Source: Reclinomonas americana ATCC 50394 (lineage: Eukaryota). Taken from it: a stretch of DNA of 64,000 nt. The stretch spans positions 381,812 through 445,811 of the forward strand of contig PS015054.1 of the NCBI GenBank assembly GCA_048213135.1, given 5' to 3'. Both the position numbers and the translations under genes were made by a program. How positions within the stretch are numbered: the first letter of the stretch is position 1; every line of letters begins with the position of its first letter. The notes under the pieces were generated by a model, which was given only the letters and a program-made list of their open reading frames with translations, was not told the DNA's origin and ran no database searches. Of the stretch, positions 12,886 through 25,355 are shown piece by piece.

Positions 12886-15800
12886 ATGGGCGCAGGCAGG
12901 TCGTCGCCGACCTCTCTCGTGCCTTCTCCTCCTCCTCCGTCGTCGCCACCACCACCACCGCCACTATTAGCACAGCGGCAGTCACTGGACTCGTCCTCCT
13001 CCGCCACTGCATCATCGTCGCCGCCGCTCGGTCGCAGCTCTTCGTTTCGTCGGCGACGGCGACGACAGCGGCCGCCTCCACTGGTGACAAGCACTGCTGG
13101 AGCAGTGGTGGGAGGAGGAGGAGGTGGGGGAGCAGCAGCAGTTGAGCAGTCAAGTGGGCGATCACCAAGCGCGTCGCGTTGGTCTGTGTCTCGCTCGCCG
13201 ATTGTGCCGCCGCCACCACCACCGCCTCCGTTGTTCGCCACTGCCGCGGCACCACCACCGCCACCACCAGTGGTGACGATGCGCGTGGAAGTGATTGATA
13301 GTGACTGCGATGATGTCGACGATGATGGTGATGAGGATTGCGGCGGATTTCAGGAGGTGAATGGTGTGCGATGCGCTGGTCGGCGATTGGCGATGTGGGC
13401 GGTGCGAGCGATGCAGACGATGCGGCAGCGGCCGGTGTCGAGGCGGCGGAGGTCGTCGTTGCGGCGGGAGGAGACGCCGACACGGGCGGTGGCGCGGTCG
13501 CCGGCCACGTTGGCAACGCCGGCGGTGGTTTCGACGACTACGACGACCACGACGACAACCACGACTACGGCTGCAGGGCCGCGCTTGGCGACGTTGTTGG
13601 CGACATCGCCGGCTGCTCGATCGCGGAACGTGCGGCAGCCGAGTGTGCGAGCGGCGACGCTGGCGCGGCGGCGGTTTGACATGCAACTGCGCACGCAGCA
13701 GCACGATGCTGAGCCGCCGGGTGTGTCGCACACGGCCAGTGGTGATCTGTTGGATGACGAAGATGTGCGGGGGTTGGACGACACTGGCGACATGGATGCA
13801 GAGCAGGATCAGGGCGGAGCGGCCATGATGGTGGCGGTGTTTCCGCACTTTCATCCACATCGGCATGTGCCGGTTCGTGCCTTCCCCACGCCACCCGTCT
13901 CGCCGAGCTCGTCGCCCGTCCACGCGACTCCGCCACAACTCCAGCAGCAGCAACCGGACCAGCAGCAATCGCCATCGCCCCAGCATCCACCACGACCACC
14001 GTCACCAACAACACTCGGCTCACCGGTTCGTGGATTCTATCTCTCGCTCTCTCCGCCATCACCTTCTATCCACTCTCTCATGTTTCGTGTTATTTTTTGT
14101 GTGGCGTAGGATGCACGACCGACGTGGCGCCGTCGCGTGTCGGTGCCATCGACTCCAGGAATGGTGCACGGCGGTGGCGGGGCGGGTAATGGTGGTGCTG
14201 GTGGTGGTGGCAGTGGTGGCGTCGGTGATGCGCTGCACCGAAGCGCGCTGTCAGAGAGCACGCCACGCTCCTCCGATGGCGGCATCGGTGTCGGCAGTGT
14301 GTTGCGCAGTCCCGACGAGGACAGCGTGCTACAGCCGCACCGGCAGGTTGGACACGACGGAATCCACTTGGATCTGAGCGAGACCACTGGCTCGGTGAAT
14401 TGTGTGTCGCAGCCGGCGTCGCCGCGTGTCGCCGCAGCCGCCCCGATGGTGGTCGTCGGCAATGTGGTGCTGCCGCCTCTGCCTCTCGGACCCATCCCCA
14501 CCACGTCGTCGACGGCCATGGCTACCCTTCACAGTGCCCGTCGGCAGATGCTGGCCAGCGGTGCTCCACCTCCACCACCTCCACCGATGGAGCAGTCGAG
14601 GTATGGTGGCGTCATCCGTTTTTTCTCTGTCGCATCAACTCCACATGGCTCACTTGTTTTCCACAGTGGCTACACACCCAACCAGCGACCACCACCACTT
14701 CCACCGCTGCCAGCCGCAGATTCAGTGGCTCCGATGCTGCGTCCGTTTGCCGGCCGCCGTCCGTCGCTGCCCACCCTCCAGAACAGTTTCATGGACGTGG
14801 GACCGGCCGACGAGTCGCTTCCGCTTGCATTCGACCAGGATAGTGACGTGCCGTATACACCTCACGGCGCCACCATGTCACCGCCGGCCACGCTGGCCGT
14901 TGCCGGCGGCACCACCATTTCACCGCCGTCGACTCCAGTGACGCCGCGCGCGGCCGCCATGATCATGCCAGACTCGTTCCACACTCCCAACATCGGTACC
15001 ATGCCGCCTCCGTTGCCTCCACTTCCGCTGGCGCTACTGCGCACTGCCGAGGACAGCTTGAAGTCGTTGCAGTCGGCGAAGAAGCCTCCCGGCTTGCATA
15101 TCCAGGACCTGGAGGGCGATCATCGCGGTGGTGTGCCACCGCCGTTGCCACCACCGCCCTCCAGCGCTGCACTGGAGATGGTCGCCGGTATCGACATGGC
15201 AGTGGCCGGTACACCAATCACGGTGCGCTCGGCGCGATCGGCACACGCGCTGCTGCCAACCACACCCGGAGGCGAACCGAGTTATTTGGCCGCCAGCACC
15301 GAACTGGACACGGCTCAGTTCTTCAATGCCAGCGCCACGATGAGCAGTTTTGCCGCATCGCAGCAGACATCGGCGCGCTCTCCCGGTCACACCACCACCA
15401 CCACCACCGCCATGTCACTGTCGTCGCCGATGCCACCGCAGTTGCCTCTGTCCATGTCGACGGACACACTGCAGCAGCAACAGCAGTATGCGTCGCCCGC
15501 ACCCGCTCGCGTTCGGCAGGTGCGACTGCAGCCAGTGGCTCCGTCACCCACCGAATCACCACCTGTGGCGCGCTATTCTCGCCAACGTCGTGTGCCGTCG
15601 ACCACGCAACCACAGTACCGACCATCTCCGACTCGGCGGGCGCACTCGTCCGCTTCGTCCACACGTCGCTCGCGCCCGAGCAGCGCAGCTTCCAACTCGC
15701 GCGACTCCACACCTCGCAGTGGCTCTCGCCACCGCCGTGACTCATCTACCGGCTCGCAGTCACACGCATCTCCCAAGCGCACCGACAGTGCCGCCGCGGC

Positions 15801-16725
15801 CACGGAGAACGCCGTCCCCAGCCCTGCAATCACCGGTGTGTTGCGTCGCACCGCCTCGTCCTCTTCGTCGCCGATGCAACGGCGTCCCGGTGCCGTCGTT
15901 GCCGGTGCCAGCAAGGTGGACTCGCCACAGCGCGTATCGCGCAGGTCACCGGTGGCTGCGGCGGGAAGTTCTCCCGACCGAGGAAGCCCTGCGCGGCCGC
16001 CCTCTCGTAGCAAGCGCGGTACAAGTGGCAGTCCGCCTGGTCGGACGGGGTCGCCGTCGGTGTCACAAGTGGAGGCTCCACGCAAGCCGGACCCGGCGCT
16101 CTCGGTGTCGACCAGTTGAGTGCGCTTTCCTCCTTACTTACGCACTTTTGAAGCACGTACTCATTCCCCTGTGAATCGTACAGAGGACGGACAGCGCTTC
16201 ATCCGGGGTCTGCTGGTCACCGACAGCCTACTGCAATCGCTGCGCAACATTCGCCACCTGCCCAACCGGCAGTTGGTATTCGAGTGGGTGCGCCTCGGCG
16301 GCGACATGTACAATTCCGAGTATCTCGATTTTGGGGCTGGTGTGTATGTGTACATATGTGTGTGTGCGTACGAGGCATGCGCTCACACACATGACGAATG
16401 CAGGTCCTGGAGGGAGCGCTCGAAAGGCAGGGATGGACACCGACGAGTTTTATGATCAAGATCAAGACATGGATGAGTGTGCACGTTGAGTCGTCGTCGC
16501 GTGGCAGACTATGTGTGTATGTGTGTGCGTGTGACCTCGCGCGATGCTGACCCTCGGCATGCAGGGCCGCTCACGGAAGAGGAGGCCATTGAGTGGACGA
16601 GTGCGTGGGACTCGGTGTCGGTCCGCATTCGTGAAGCAATTCGGCGGCAGCGTGCAGAGGCCGCTGCCGCCGCAACCGCTGCTCAGCAACAAGCTGTTGC
16701 TGTTGGAGCAGGAGTGGTAGTCTAG
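12886..16725 (+). CDS. Large Pro/Ser-rich disordered protein with a short ordered C-terminal domain
   Basis: ORFs 12886-14109 and 14137-16119, then exons GQRFIRGLLVTDSLL...LVFEWVRLGG and RPLTEEEAIEWTSAW...GAGVVV*. Confidence 0.6.
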
Positions 16726-18333
16726 TCGACTACCGCACCGGCTTCGTAGTCAGCGTGTCGCTGCTGTTTGCTCAGCGTCAATTCGTGGCGCACCACGAGG
16801 TGCGTCACAATGTATTGCAGGTGAAGGAACACTGTGCCGGGGGATGGTCGCCACGGCGTCGTCGACTTGTCGATCTGCAGCTCTTGCCACCACTGCTGCA
16901 TTTTCTGTGTGTGCATGCGCTGGCGGGTGTCAGCTGCTGCCTCTTCTCCACGCATGATACGTCTCCCAGCGCACACACCTTTTCGCGCTCGACTTGCGTG
17001 GCACTGCGCGTGGACCACAGTGCTTCGTGCACAAGACGAACCATTGACTCCCACGGCTGCCAGTCCTTGTTGATGTGCCACGACACAATCGGACTGGGGC
17101 GCGTAGGGAAGCTTATTCTGTCGTCGTTAGCAACTGCGCACCCACCTCAACCTTGGTGCACTCGCTCACCTCCGTGGATTCGGCACAAACACGGGGCCGC
17201 ACAAGCGCAGCGCTTCGTCGTTGGTGAGGAGTGCGCTCCACGCATCCTTGTAGGCGCCCTTGACTAGCGTGAACCGTGTATCGTCACGATCGAGAGCGAC
17301 GCACGGGTTGTGTGGCTCGATGCCTGCAGCACGCCCAGCAGTGTCAGCAGACGTCCAAGCACATATAGTGGAGGAACGATGACGCAGACCAAGAACAGCC
17401 GTCATGCAGTGAGCCAGTGTAGTGTCGGTTCCCTGCACGTATAATAGCACTGCGTCAGCAAGGGCCAGGTAAGGCAACGCGAATTCGCCCACTCACCTCG
17501 CCGTAGCCTGCACAAACGCCCGAGGTAAAGGCCTCGCCCGCGCGCAACAGCTGCACGGACGCGACAATGAGCAAAGCAAAGACCACTGAAAGAGGAAGAC
17601 AGGCGTCTGCATAACTGCTGGTCGACTGAGGAGGGCGCCGGCGCCACCATTGACGTACGTCACGTGCCCATTGTTGGAGGTGGCTCCCACATACCACGCC
17701 TGCGTGCTGTCCAGCTGCTCCGTCAATGCCAACAAGTTCGGCAGCACCACATACGCATCGTCGTCGACGATGAAGAACCACTGGCGCGCGAGAGAGGCAG
17801 CACCGTCGTCGACAGCGTGGCGTGCAAACAGCGCACGAATCAATGCCACCATGCGACGACAGTGGCCCGAGCCGGGTCGCGTGCAATCACCGGCTTGAGC
17901 GTCCTCCGCAGCCGGTGCGGGAACGATGGTCATGTTCGCCGTGGCGACGGTGGTGGAGGCAGCCGGTATCCACACTTCATCGGCGTAGAACTCCAGCTGT
18001 GCGCCAAACAGGCGCTGGCCCCACGTGGAGAACATGACCTCCGAGCTGAATGCGCATGGTGATGATCGGAACATCATCCTCGTCGGCAGGTGTGATCGCC
18101 ACTCACCGACGACGCAGACGCGCGGTGGCGTGCACTGCAATCACCAGCTGCGAACCCAGTGCATGCAGAACTCGGCGCTCGTTGTCGCCACCGACGGCGG
18201 TGCCTTGCGCATCATCGCTCGATATCGACGTCGCAGTCGACCACCACCACACGGCACAAGCAGCCACTGCCACCACTGCCACTGTCACCACGCACAGTCG
18301 CCACAGAATCCGTTGCCTGTGCGTTGTGCTCAT
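16722..18333 (-). CDS. GT31 Fringe-like / beta-1,3-glycosyltransferase, type II membrane
   Basis: N-terminal TM (LWRLCVVTVAVVAVAACAVWWW), FSTWG, WFFIVDDDAYV (DDD motif), YVNGGAGALLSRPA, PIVSWH. Confidence 0.85.
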
Positions 18334-18466
18334 GCATTCCACTCACGGTGTGGTAGGACAACTCACTACCCTTCGTTTCCTTCTTCACAAGACCACTCTC
18401 CTTTATTAGCCATGGACCCGCAGCGGTTTAAATAATCAACTCCTCTTGAATATCGCACTGTGGTTG

Positions 18467-19892
18467 TCACAAAACGATGAAGCGATCAGGGGCCGGTTGG
18501 CAGGGAGAGAGAAAAGAGAGCACAGAATTCGGAAACGAAACTGTCGGTGCCAGGAGGCGCATGGTGCCCTCGTAGCCGAGGAAGCAAAACGCAGCATACG
18601 GACCGATGACCAACACGCGAGGCCACAGACCGCGCCATAATGACCAGGCACCTTCTTCGCGCACGATCGACCGCAGCATGCCGATGACGGTGACGCCGGC
18701 ACGCTCGTCGGCAGGCAGTCCGGTGATGCGAGTTTTCAGCACATCGAATGGTGTGGTCAGTGCCGCCGCAATGACGCCAGCCACAAGACCTGCACGCATC
18801 ATAAGACACAGTGAGATGGGTGCGACACAGCAACAGAGTCCGTACCGCAAGTAAAGTCCCATACGGGAGTTCGCCACGGCGCAATCAGTCGGATCTCCTC
18901 GTAGACTAAACACGCAAAGGCGGCTGGGTCAGGGCGCCCTTTTTGCACGACGAAGCGCGAAGGGGATGAGGACATTGACGCAACTGACAAACTTCACACA
19001 CGAAAACGGCACATCGCGCGCCAGCGTGACGCCGAGGCCGGCGTACAAGCCACGAATTCCCTGTGTTCTCCATCGTTCAGTACGCACATGCACGCACGGC
19101 CAACAGCAACAAGGGCACGTGCCTCATATCTCCAGATGTGCTGCAGCGCTCGCAACACGTTTCTGCAGCCCTACGGTCAGCGACGGCGATTGGGGAGAAT
19201 CTCAGACGAAAAAAACGCAACACTTTTTGTGGCCTGACCACAGCCACGCCGGCGCCGTTAATCACACTCAGTGCGCCTCCGCCACCACCAATGAACCCAC
19301 TGCCCGAAAGCTGCACTCGGCGCACGTCAGTGGCGCGATCCGCATCGGCGACGACGGAAAAGAACAAACCTGCAGCTGCATGCGGATCTTCACAGACTCA
19401 GCCGGCAGCGACACCATCGTGTACGCCAGTTGCCCAGCAGCTGCGATTGCATTCGGTCCATGTGAGAGACACGTATACACAGGCACGGCGACACACCGTT
19501 GCAGTACAAACCACCTGCAAAAACGATCAAAGGATGAGTTGATAGGCGAGAAAACTGTGAGAAAATGCTGCAGCTCACCAGAAGCCAAGTGCACCAGCGG
19601 CATCATCGAGTACTTGGGTGCGAACGTACGCTGCAGTGTCTCCTTGCAGTTGGTGTACGTCAGAAAGTAGCCCGCGGTCGCCGGCACTGCCAACACATGC
19701 ACACACAGCTGGTCAACATGCATGCACCGTTCAGCGATAGAGTGCATGCTGCTGCTCACCGTAACCCGCCAGCGCTGGCGTGAAGCCCTTGTACAGTCCA
19801 TGTGCCACCCCGTGTTTCCGAAAGATCTCGCCAGCCATTTGCGTCAGACTCGCAGTGGATCGCGACTGGCACAAGAATGAGAGTGTGCGTGC

Positions 19893-19947
<55 letters not shown>

Positions 19948-20128
19948 GACGTACGTACGTCGTTCGTCGTACGTAGTAGTCGTACGTTACGGTTACGGTA
20001 CGGTACGGTACGGTACGGGTACGGACGACCGACCGGACCGGCCGTACCGCGNNNNNNNNNNNNNNNNNNNNNNNNNNNNNNNNNNNNNNNNNNNNNNNNN
20101 NNNNNNNNNNNNNNNNNNNNNNNNNNNN

Positions 20129-20176
<48 letters not shown>

Positions 20177-20429
20177 GAGACTGACCATGTTCTGCATGTG
20201 CACTTTGAGGGTCTCGACAGGGTGCACCACGGCCTCGGCCAGTGCACCGCCAACTGCGCCGGCGAGCAAGTGACCTGAAAAACGATCGAGTGCAGCAGTC
20301 GGTGAGTGAGTGATCGCTTGTGGTGAAGGCTCTCTCGTGTCATTTCGTGCACTGGAGAGAGATGCCATGTGCGTATGCGTGTAGAGAACTCGTACCTCCC
20401 ACACCACAACACTCAGGATGATCGCTCAT
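18467..20429 (-). CDS. Mitochondrial carrier (SLC25; SAM-carrier/SLC25A26-like)
   Basis: Three Px[DE]xx[KR] signatures (HPVETLKVHMQ, LPAESVKIRMQ, TPFDVLKTRI), plus GLYAGLGVTLARDVPFS and LWRGLWPRV. Confidence 0.88.
19895..20172. repeat. (AG)n microsatellite flanking an assembly gap (N 20052-20128) inside a carrier intron
   Basis: Pure AG runs at about 19895-19945 and 20129-20172. Confidence 0.9.
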
Positions 20430-20481
20430 CGCAGCGCGCACAAGAAAAGCAATTTTCAATCAAAAAACGCTGATCGCAAGA

Positions 20482-23218
20482 TCAAATATTGGGGATCTCT
20501 TGCCTGCCCGCGATAGAGCATGCCTGATTGAAGGAGCCACATCTGTGCAAGCGAGGGTCGGTAAGCAAAGAGGACGACTAAAGAAGAGCTTGAGAGGCTC
20601 GACGCAACGGCCATACACCGCCGACAGGTTTGACCTTGAGACACCTGAAACAATACTCAGTCTGACACTGCAGGAGGCGATGGTTGGTTAGTAGCATGCG
20701 CAGCGACGATGCTTTGTCTCTCGAGACGCAACATTGATGCATTTGACATGTTTACAGGCCTCGGCATGTTCTACGAGGTGAGCAGTAGTGAGCACGTCGA
20801 TGGACAACAACGAGACATGGCGGAGTGCAGGCACCCACCCAGAATGGTGAAGCAGCGTGGACAAGCGCGCACACATGGTACGTTGCCGGAGAGGCCACCG
20901 ATTTGCTTGGTGCTGCACGTCTTCAGCAGGTGGTTGATGTGCGAATTGCCCGACATGCAGTCCTTGTTGCCGCACGCCATTGCATTCGCCTTTCCACGCC
21001 ACGGCCGACCGCACTGGGCGCAGAAACTGTGCGACCGCAAGTGAGGAAGGAGCACATATTGTGGCGGCTCAGCAGGAGGAGCAGTACGCAACTGGGTGTT
21101 GCAGAGGGCGCATGTGACGCGTCGCATGTTGGGATCCTCTGGCAAAATGTGAGCTTGGCACTGTGAATGTGACGTGCGAGATGAGTGCGGTGAGCATCGA
21201 CGACGTGGACTGTGGCATGGATGCAACGCACTCTTGAGTTGGGGCACACCAGTGCGCGCAGCTCCGACGCCACGTAGCTGGAGAAAGAGAGAGAATTGTG
21301 AATCAAACTGCTGCGCCGCCGATGTTGTTTGATGACACGTACCCTCGGCTGAGCAGCTCAAAGTACTGCGACGCCACCTGTTGCGCTGCCGCACCGCGCT
21401 CCCGAGCCGACGCCTCGACGACTTCTTGTGGAATGGCTGCAGCGAGACGCGTAAGGCAGTGAAGGGCCAGCAGCACGTGACAGGCATTCATACCAGTGCG
21501 ACAGCCGGTGTGGAAGCACGCAATTGGCGTCGTGGACGCTTGTTGCACCTATGCAGTTGGCGCCGTGAGTGGGGCGCGAGAGGCAACAAGGGAAGAAGGA
21601 GGAGCAACGCACATGCGAGCCGAGCGAGTCGACCAGACACTCGGCGTGGACACCGTGCGAGCACGGCAACACATACACCGTGTCCTCGCTGCTCATGCAC
21701 AAGCTGCAGAGGCAGGTGCGGTTGTTGACGGTGCGCACTTCGTAGCGCGGCGCTGGCGGGGCCACTGTCCGCGCCACCGGAGCGACGGGTGGAGGTGGTG
21801 GAGTAGGGCCAGAGAACAATGACGGCACGGCGGTTGTGTTGACAGCGCCGTAGTGTGCCACCGGAGTGTTCACCACGGGCAAGAATCCGTCGTAATCGTA
21901 GCGAATCGGTCGCCAACAGCCACGCGGGATGACCATCCAGAGGAGCACCACAATGGCCGTCAGCGGGCCGAGACCGAATATCTATGTCGCGATGAACGTA
22001 AGCGGCGCTGCGATGGACATGTCGACAGACGTGGCACTCACCATCGTGTATTTGACGTAGAGGTTCCACGTGATGCCGTTGGTCACCAAAAAGTAGTTGG
22101 AATAACAGTTGGCCAGGGCTAACGCCACAAAGGCGAGTGCTGTGCATAAGCGGTGAGCCACACACGCACACTCAACAAGTGAATCGAGTGTGCATTTTTC
22201 TCACCAAAGAGGCGCACCAAGGCTGGCGTCTCGTCAAAGTCAGCACGCCGACCGCGGTGTGAGTGCCTTCCGTACAGCAAGAAACTCCTGGAACGGATGC
22301 ATGAGCTTGCAAGACCACTTTCCGACTGAAGGAGGAGGATCGCGACGCAACATCGCCACCATGCCAATGACCCAGCCACCGGCAAACACCGAGAACGCCA
22401 TCCTGCACGCACAGAATGCAGTGAGGCTACACGTGCACGGACGTGTGGACGCAGTGAGGCTGGACTCACCACGACACCCAGTCGCACGCGACTGCAGAAA
22501 GGCACATGCATTAAAGTATGAGCGACATGTGTTGTGCGCGAGACTGACAATGACGATGCAAACCAGCAGTCTTCTTGTACGTGTAAATGTTGACGTCGAT
22601 TCCGTAGCAGTAGTTGAAGGAGTACCAGTAACAATTGTCGGCAGCGGTACACTATACGTAGACGAGGGGCAGGGGGTCAGCTTGCAATACAAAGACCCGG
22701 CACTACAAGACACGCAGCGCAACAGTGGTCGTGTTGTACATGTTGGTGTAGTACTGATTCGTGGTCAACAGGTAGCACCTGCTAGACGACAGATCGCAGT
22801 CCGCATAACACGTTGTGTTGGTGGCCACCTGCACCCACGTGCACGACGATTGATTAATGAACACACAACGAGAAATGCGAACACACACGACAAAACCCAC
22901 CATTGACCCGCACAGAGGATACGCCGGTGGTGCACCGCTATAGTCTGCACAGGAGTATGTGAGAGGCAAGATGCACGAGAAGTGTCTCTCTCTTCTTCAC
23001 CACTCACTCACCTGTGCACGATGTGCACATGTACGTTCCCGGCAACGCGGTGATGAACACCAGCACTGCACACATTGCCGCAATGGCACACCACAACAGG
23101 AACGTGGCTGCGCGAGTGCGAGAAGATCATTGAGTCGAAGAGAGACATGCGTGTGTTCGGAGTGACACAGACACAGACACAGACCAACAAGCGGATAGCA
23201 TCGGAACATGTGCGCCAT
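20482..23218 (-). CDS. Membrane protein with a Cys-rich loop, several TM segments and a C-terminal RING-IBR-RING (RBR) E3 ligase
   Basis: RING1 CSLC...LPCSHGVHAECL...CFHTGC; IBR CALC...FCAQCGRPW; RING2 RACPRCFTILEHAEACKHVKCINCQTEYCFRCL. N-terminus MAHMFRCYPLVATFLLWCAIAAMCAVLVFITALPG. Confidence 0.7.
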
Positions 23219-23351
23219 GGTTTGTGCTTGTCTTTCTATACGCACACACACACTGCCTGCTCTTCTCAAGGCCTTAAAACACGCGGGACGACAGTGCGAC
23301 ACCGACAAATAAAAGTACGACAATCAAAATTTCACTCTGACTGCTGCATGC

Positions 23352-25272
23352 ATGAAAGACGAGGAGGCCGCGTGTTGTTGTGTGTGGCGAAAGACCAAGG
23401 AGGAGACGATGGAGTGGAGAAGGAGGAGAAGAGCGGGAAGCAAGTGGCTCACGTTGACGCTGTTTGCAGTGGTGTTTGCCTTGTGGACCTTTGATCCATC
23501 ATCGCCGTTCCTGGTGGAGTTTCTGATCGCGGAGAAGGGCGTGCCAGAGAAGGAGGTATGCTTGAAAGAGGAGCAGTAGTGTGTGCGTGCATGAGCGATG
23601 CCCTGATGCTGTGTGTTGAAGGTGTATGGCACTGTGTTCCCCACGTGGACGTATGCGTATGGAGTGGCGCTGTGTCTGTTGGCGCTGCTGACGGATGTCG
23701 TGGGTCACAAGACGGTGGTGGTCGTGGGCTCGTTGTGCAGACTCGGCATGGATGTGATGGTGTTGCTGTGCGACTCGATTCCCTGTTTCTTGGTGCGATC
23801 GCCTCTCTCTTTTCTCTCCTTCAGCTGTTGCTGCAACTCACACGCAGTGTGTGCGTGCAGGTGTCGGAGGTGTTGGGTGGCATTGGGTTTGCGGCGCAGG
23901 CGGCGTTCTTTGGCCTGCTGTTCTTGGTTGTCGAGCCCGAGTCGTTTCAAAAGGCGGTTCGTTGCTTTGCTGCTGTCGTCGACAATCTTTGCACATGCTC
24001 ACACACTCTGGGCGCACAGACATCGGTCACGCGCAGCGTGGGCCTGGCGGCCACCGTGGTCTCCAGCGTTGTGGGTCAGCTCATGTACCACGCCGGTGTG
24101 CGACTGTCGGTGCTCGTGTGGATCGCCACTGGTGCGTTGGGTGCATCAGTGGTGGTGTCGTTGGTGGGTCTGCCGCGAGGCGACAGAAATAAGGCCACTG
24201 TCGGTAGCGACAGCGAGCTTGTGCCGGAGTATGCACGGAGTGAGAAGCCACCGGCATCCGTCCGGCAGAGCATGCGATTGTTCTGGGCCGATCTGGCGCA
24301 GGCGTACTCCACGCCGACTGGCATCTGGTGGAGTGTGTTTGCGGCCATGATGCTCGCCGTGCATCAACTAGTCATTATCTACTGGCAGTCGCTGGTGCAG
24401 GAGGCCTTTGAGGGCGACAAGTTGCGGCGCTCTCTCCATCTCCTCTCAACTCCGTTACTCACACGCCGGGCTCGAGCAGATCAAAAGGTCAGCTGATGAA
24501 TGGCCTCTTTGTGGCCATTGCCTACTCGCTGGCTGCATGTGCAGCGCTGCTGCCCGTACGTCTGCGTGACCGACTCGATGTTGCGTCGTCGCCTCTGTCA
24601 GCCGTGCGCCCTCCCCCCACTCACCATGTTCCGTGCAGGGCGCCATTGGCCACATTGTGGCGATGCTGACACTGGCTGCAGCCGCTGCGCTGCTGGCCGT
24701 GGCCGCCCTCGTTCACAGCCTCCCCGTCATCTACGTATGCATTGGCGGATTCCATTCTCTTTTCGAGTTCATATATGCTGTGGCGACGGTGCAGATTGCC
24801 CGGCGGTGCGTCTCTTCTCTCCCCCTCTCTGTTCTCTCTGCGCGCTCACTCACTCACTTGCCCGCCCGCCTGCAGCATTGGGTCGACGCGCTACGCCGCC
24901 GTATTCTCCATAAATATGTTCGTGGCGCTGTTGGCGCAGACCGGCATCCAGTTGATGGTGTCGTCGGCGGTACTCAACTTGCACATCCGAACCCAGTTTC
25001 TGGTGTTCAGTGGTGTTGCCTCGGTGACGGTCGCGGCCTGTCTATTAGGTTATATGTGGCGGTGTCGCTTCGTTACCAAGGAGGATATGCAGGCGCTGGC
25101 CGCCGACGCGGCGATGCAGCGACAGGCCGTCAGTATTAATGCCGCCGACGGAGAGGCCATACAATATGTGAGCCAGGCAGAACATGTGTCGCTGCTGGCG
25201 GCCAGTAGTGAGCGCCCAGTGCCGATCGTGGCAGCGACTGTGGCACACTACGGCTCCACACCGACGCCATGA
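23352..25272 (+). CDS. SLC19-family reduced folate/thiamine transporter
   Basis: FDPSSPFLVEFLIAEKG...VYGTVFPTWTYAY...LLTDVVGHKTV matches the SLC19 N-terminal pattern; many TM helices follow. Confidence 0.85.
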
Positions 25273-25355
25273 TAATTTAAGCGCTAAAGTGTAAATCGAA
25301 TGTTTAGATGATGTTTGCCAACGAGTTTCGCGTTCACACTTCTTTGTTGCATCGG

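Noticed and set aside
12833-13986. Long antisense and alternative-frame ORFs here and throughout the ORF track
   Set aside because: Expected shadows of GC-rich, low-complexity coding sequence; no recognisable motifs.
19946-20051. Odd TACG/GTAC/CGAC quasi-repeat next to the N gap
   Set aside because: It follows an (AG)n run, cycles through T-A-C-G like pyrosequencing flow-order noise, and ends at a gap. The flanking carrier exons join normally, so it is most likely a read-end artefact.
22905-22922. GTATCCTCT on the minus strand resembling a second U12 donor in the RBR gene
   Set aside because: Using it leads to a premature stop, there is no good U12 branch site, and a canonical GT donor downstream keeps the frame.
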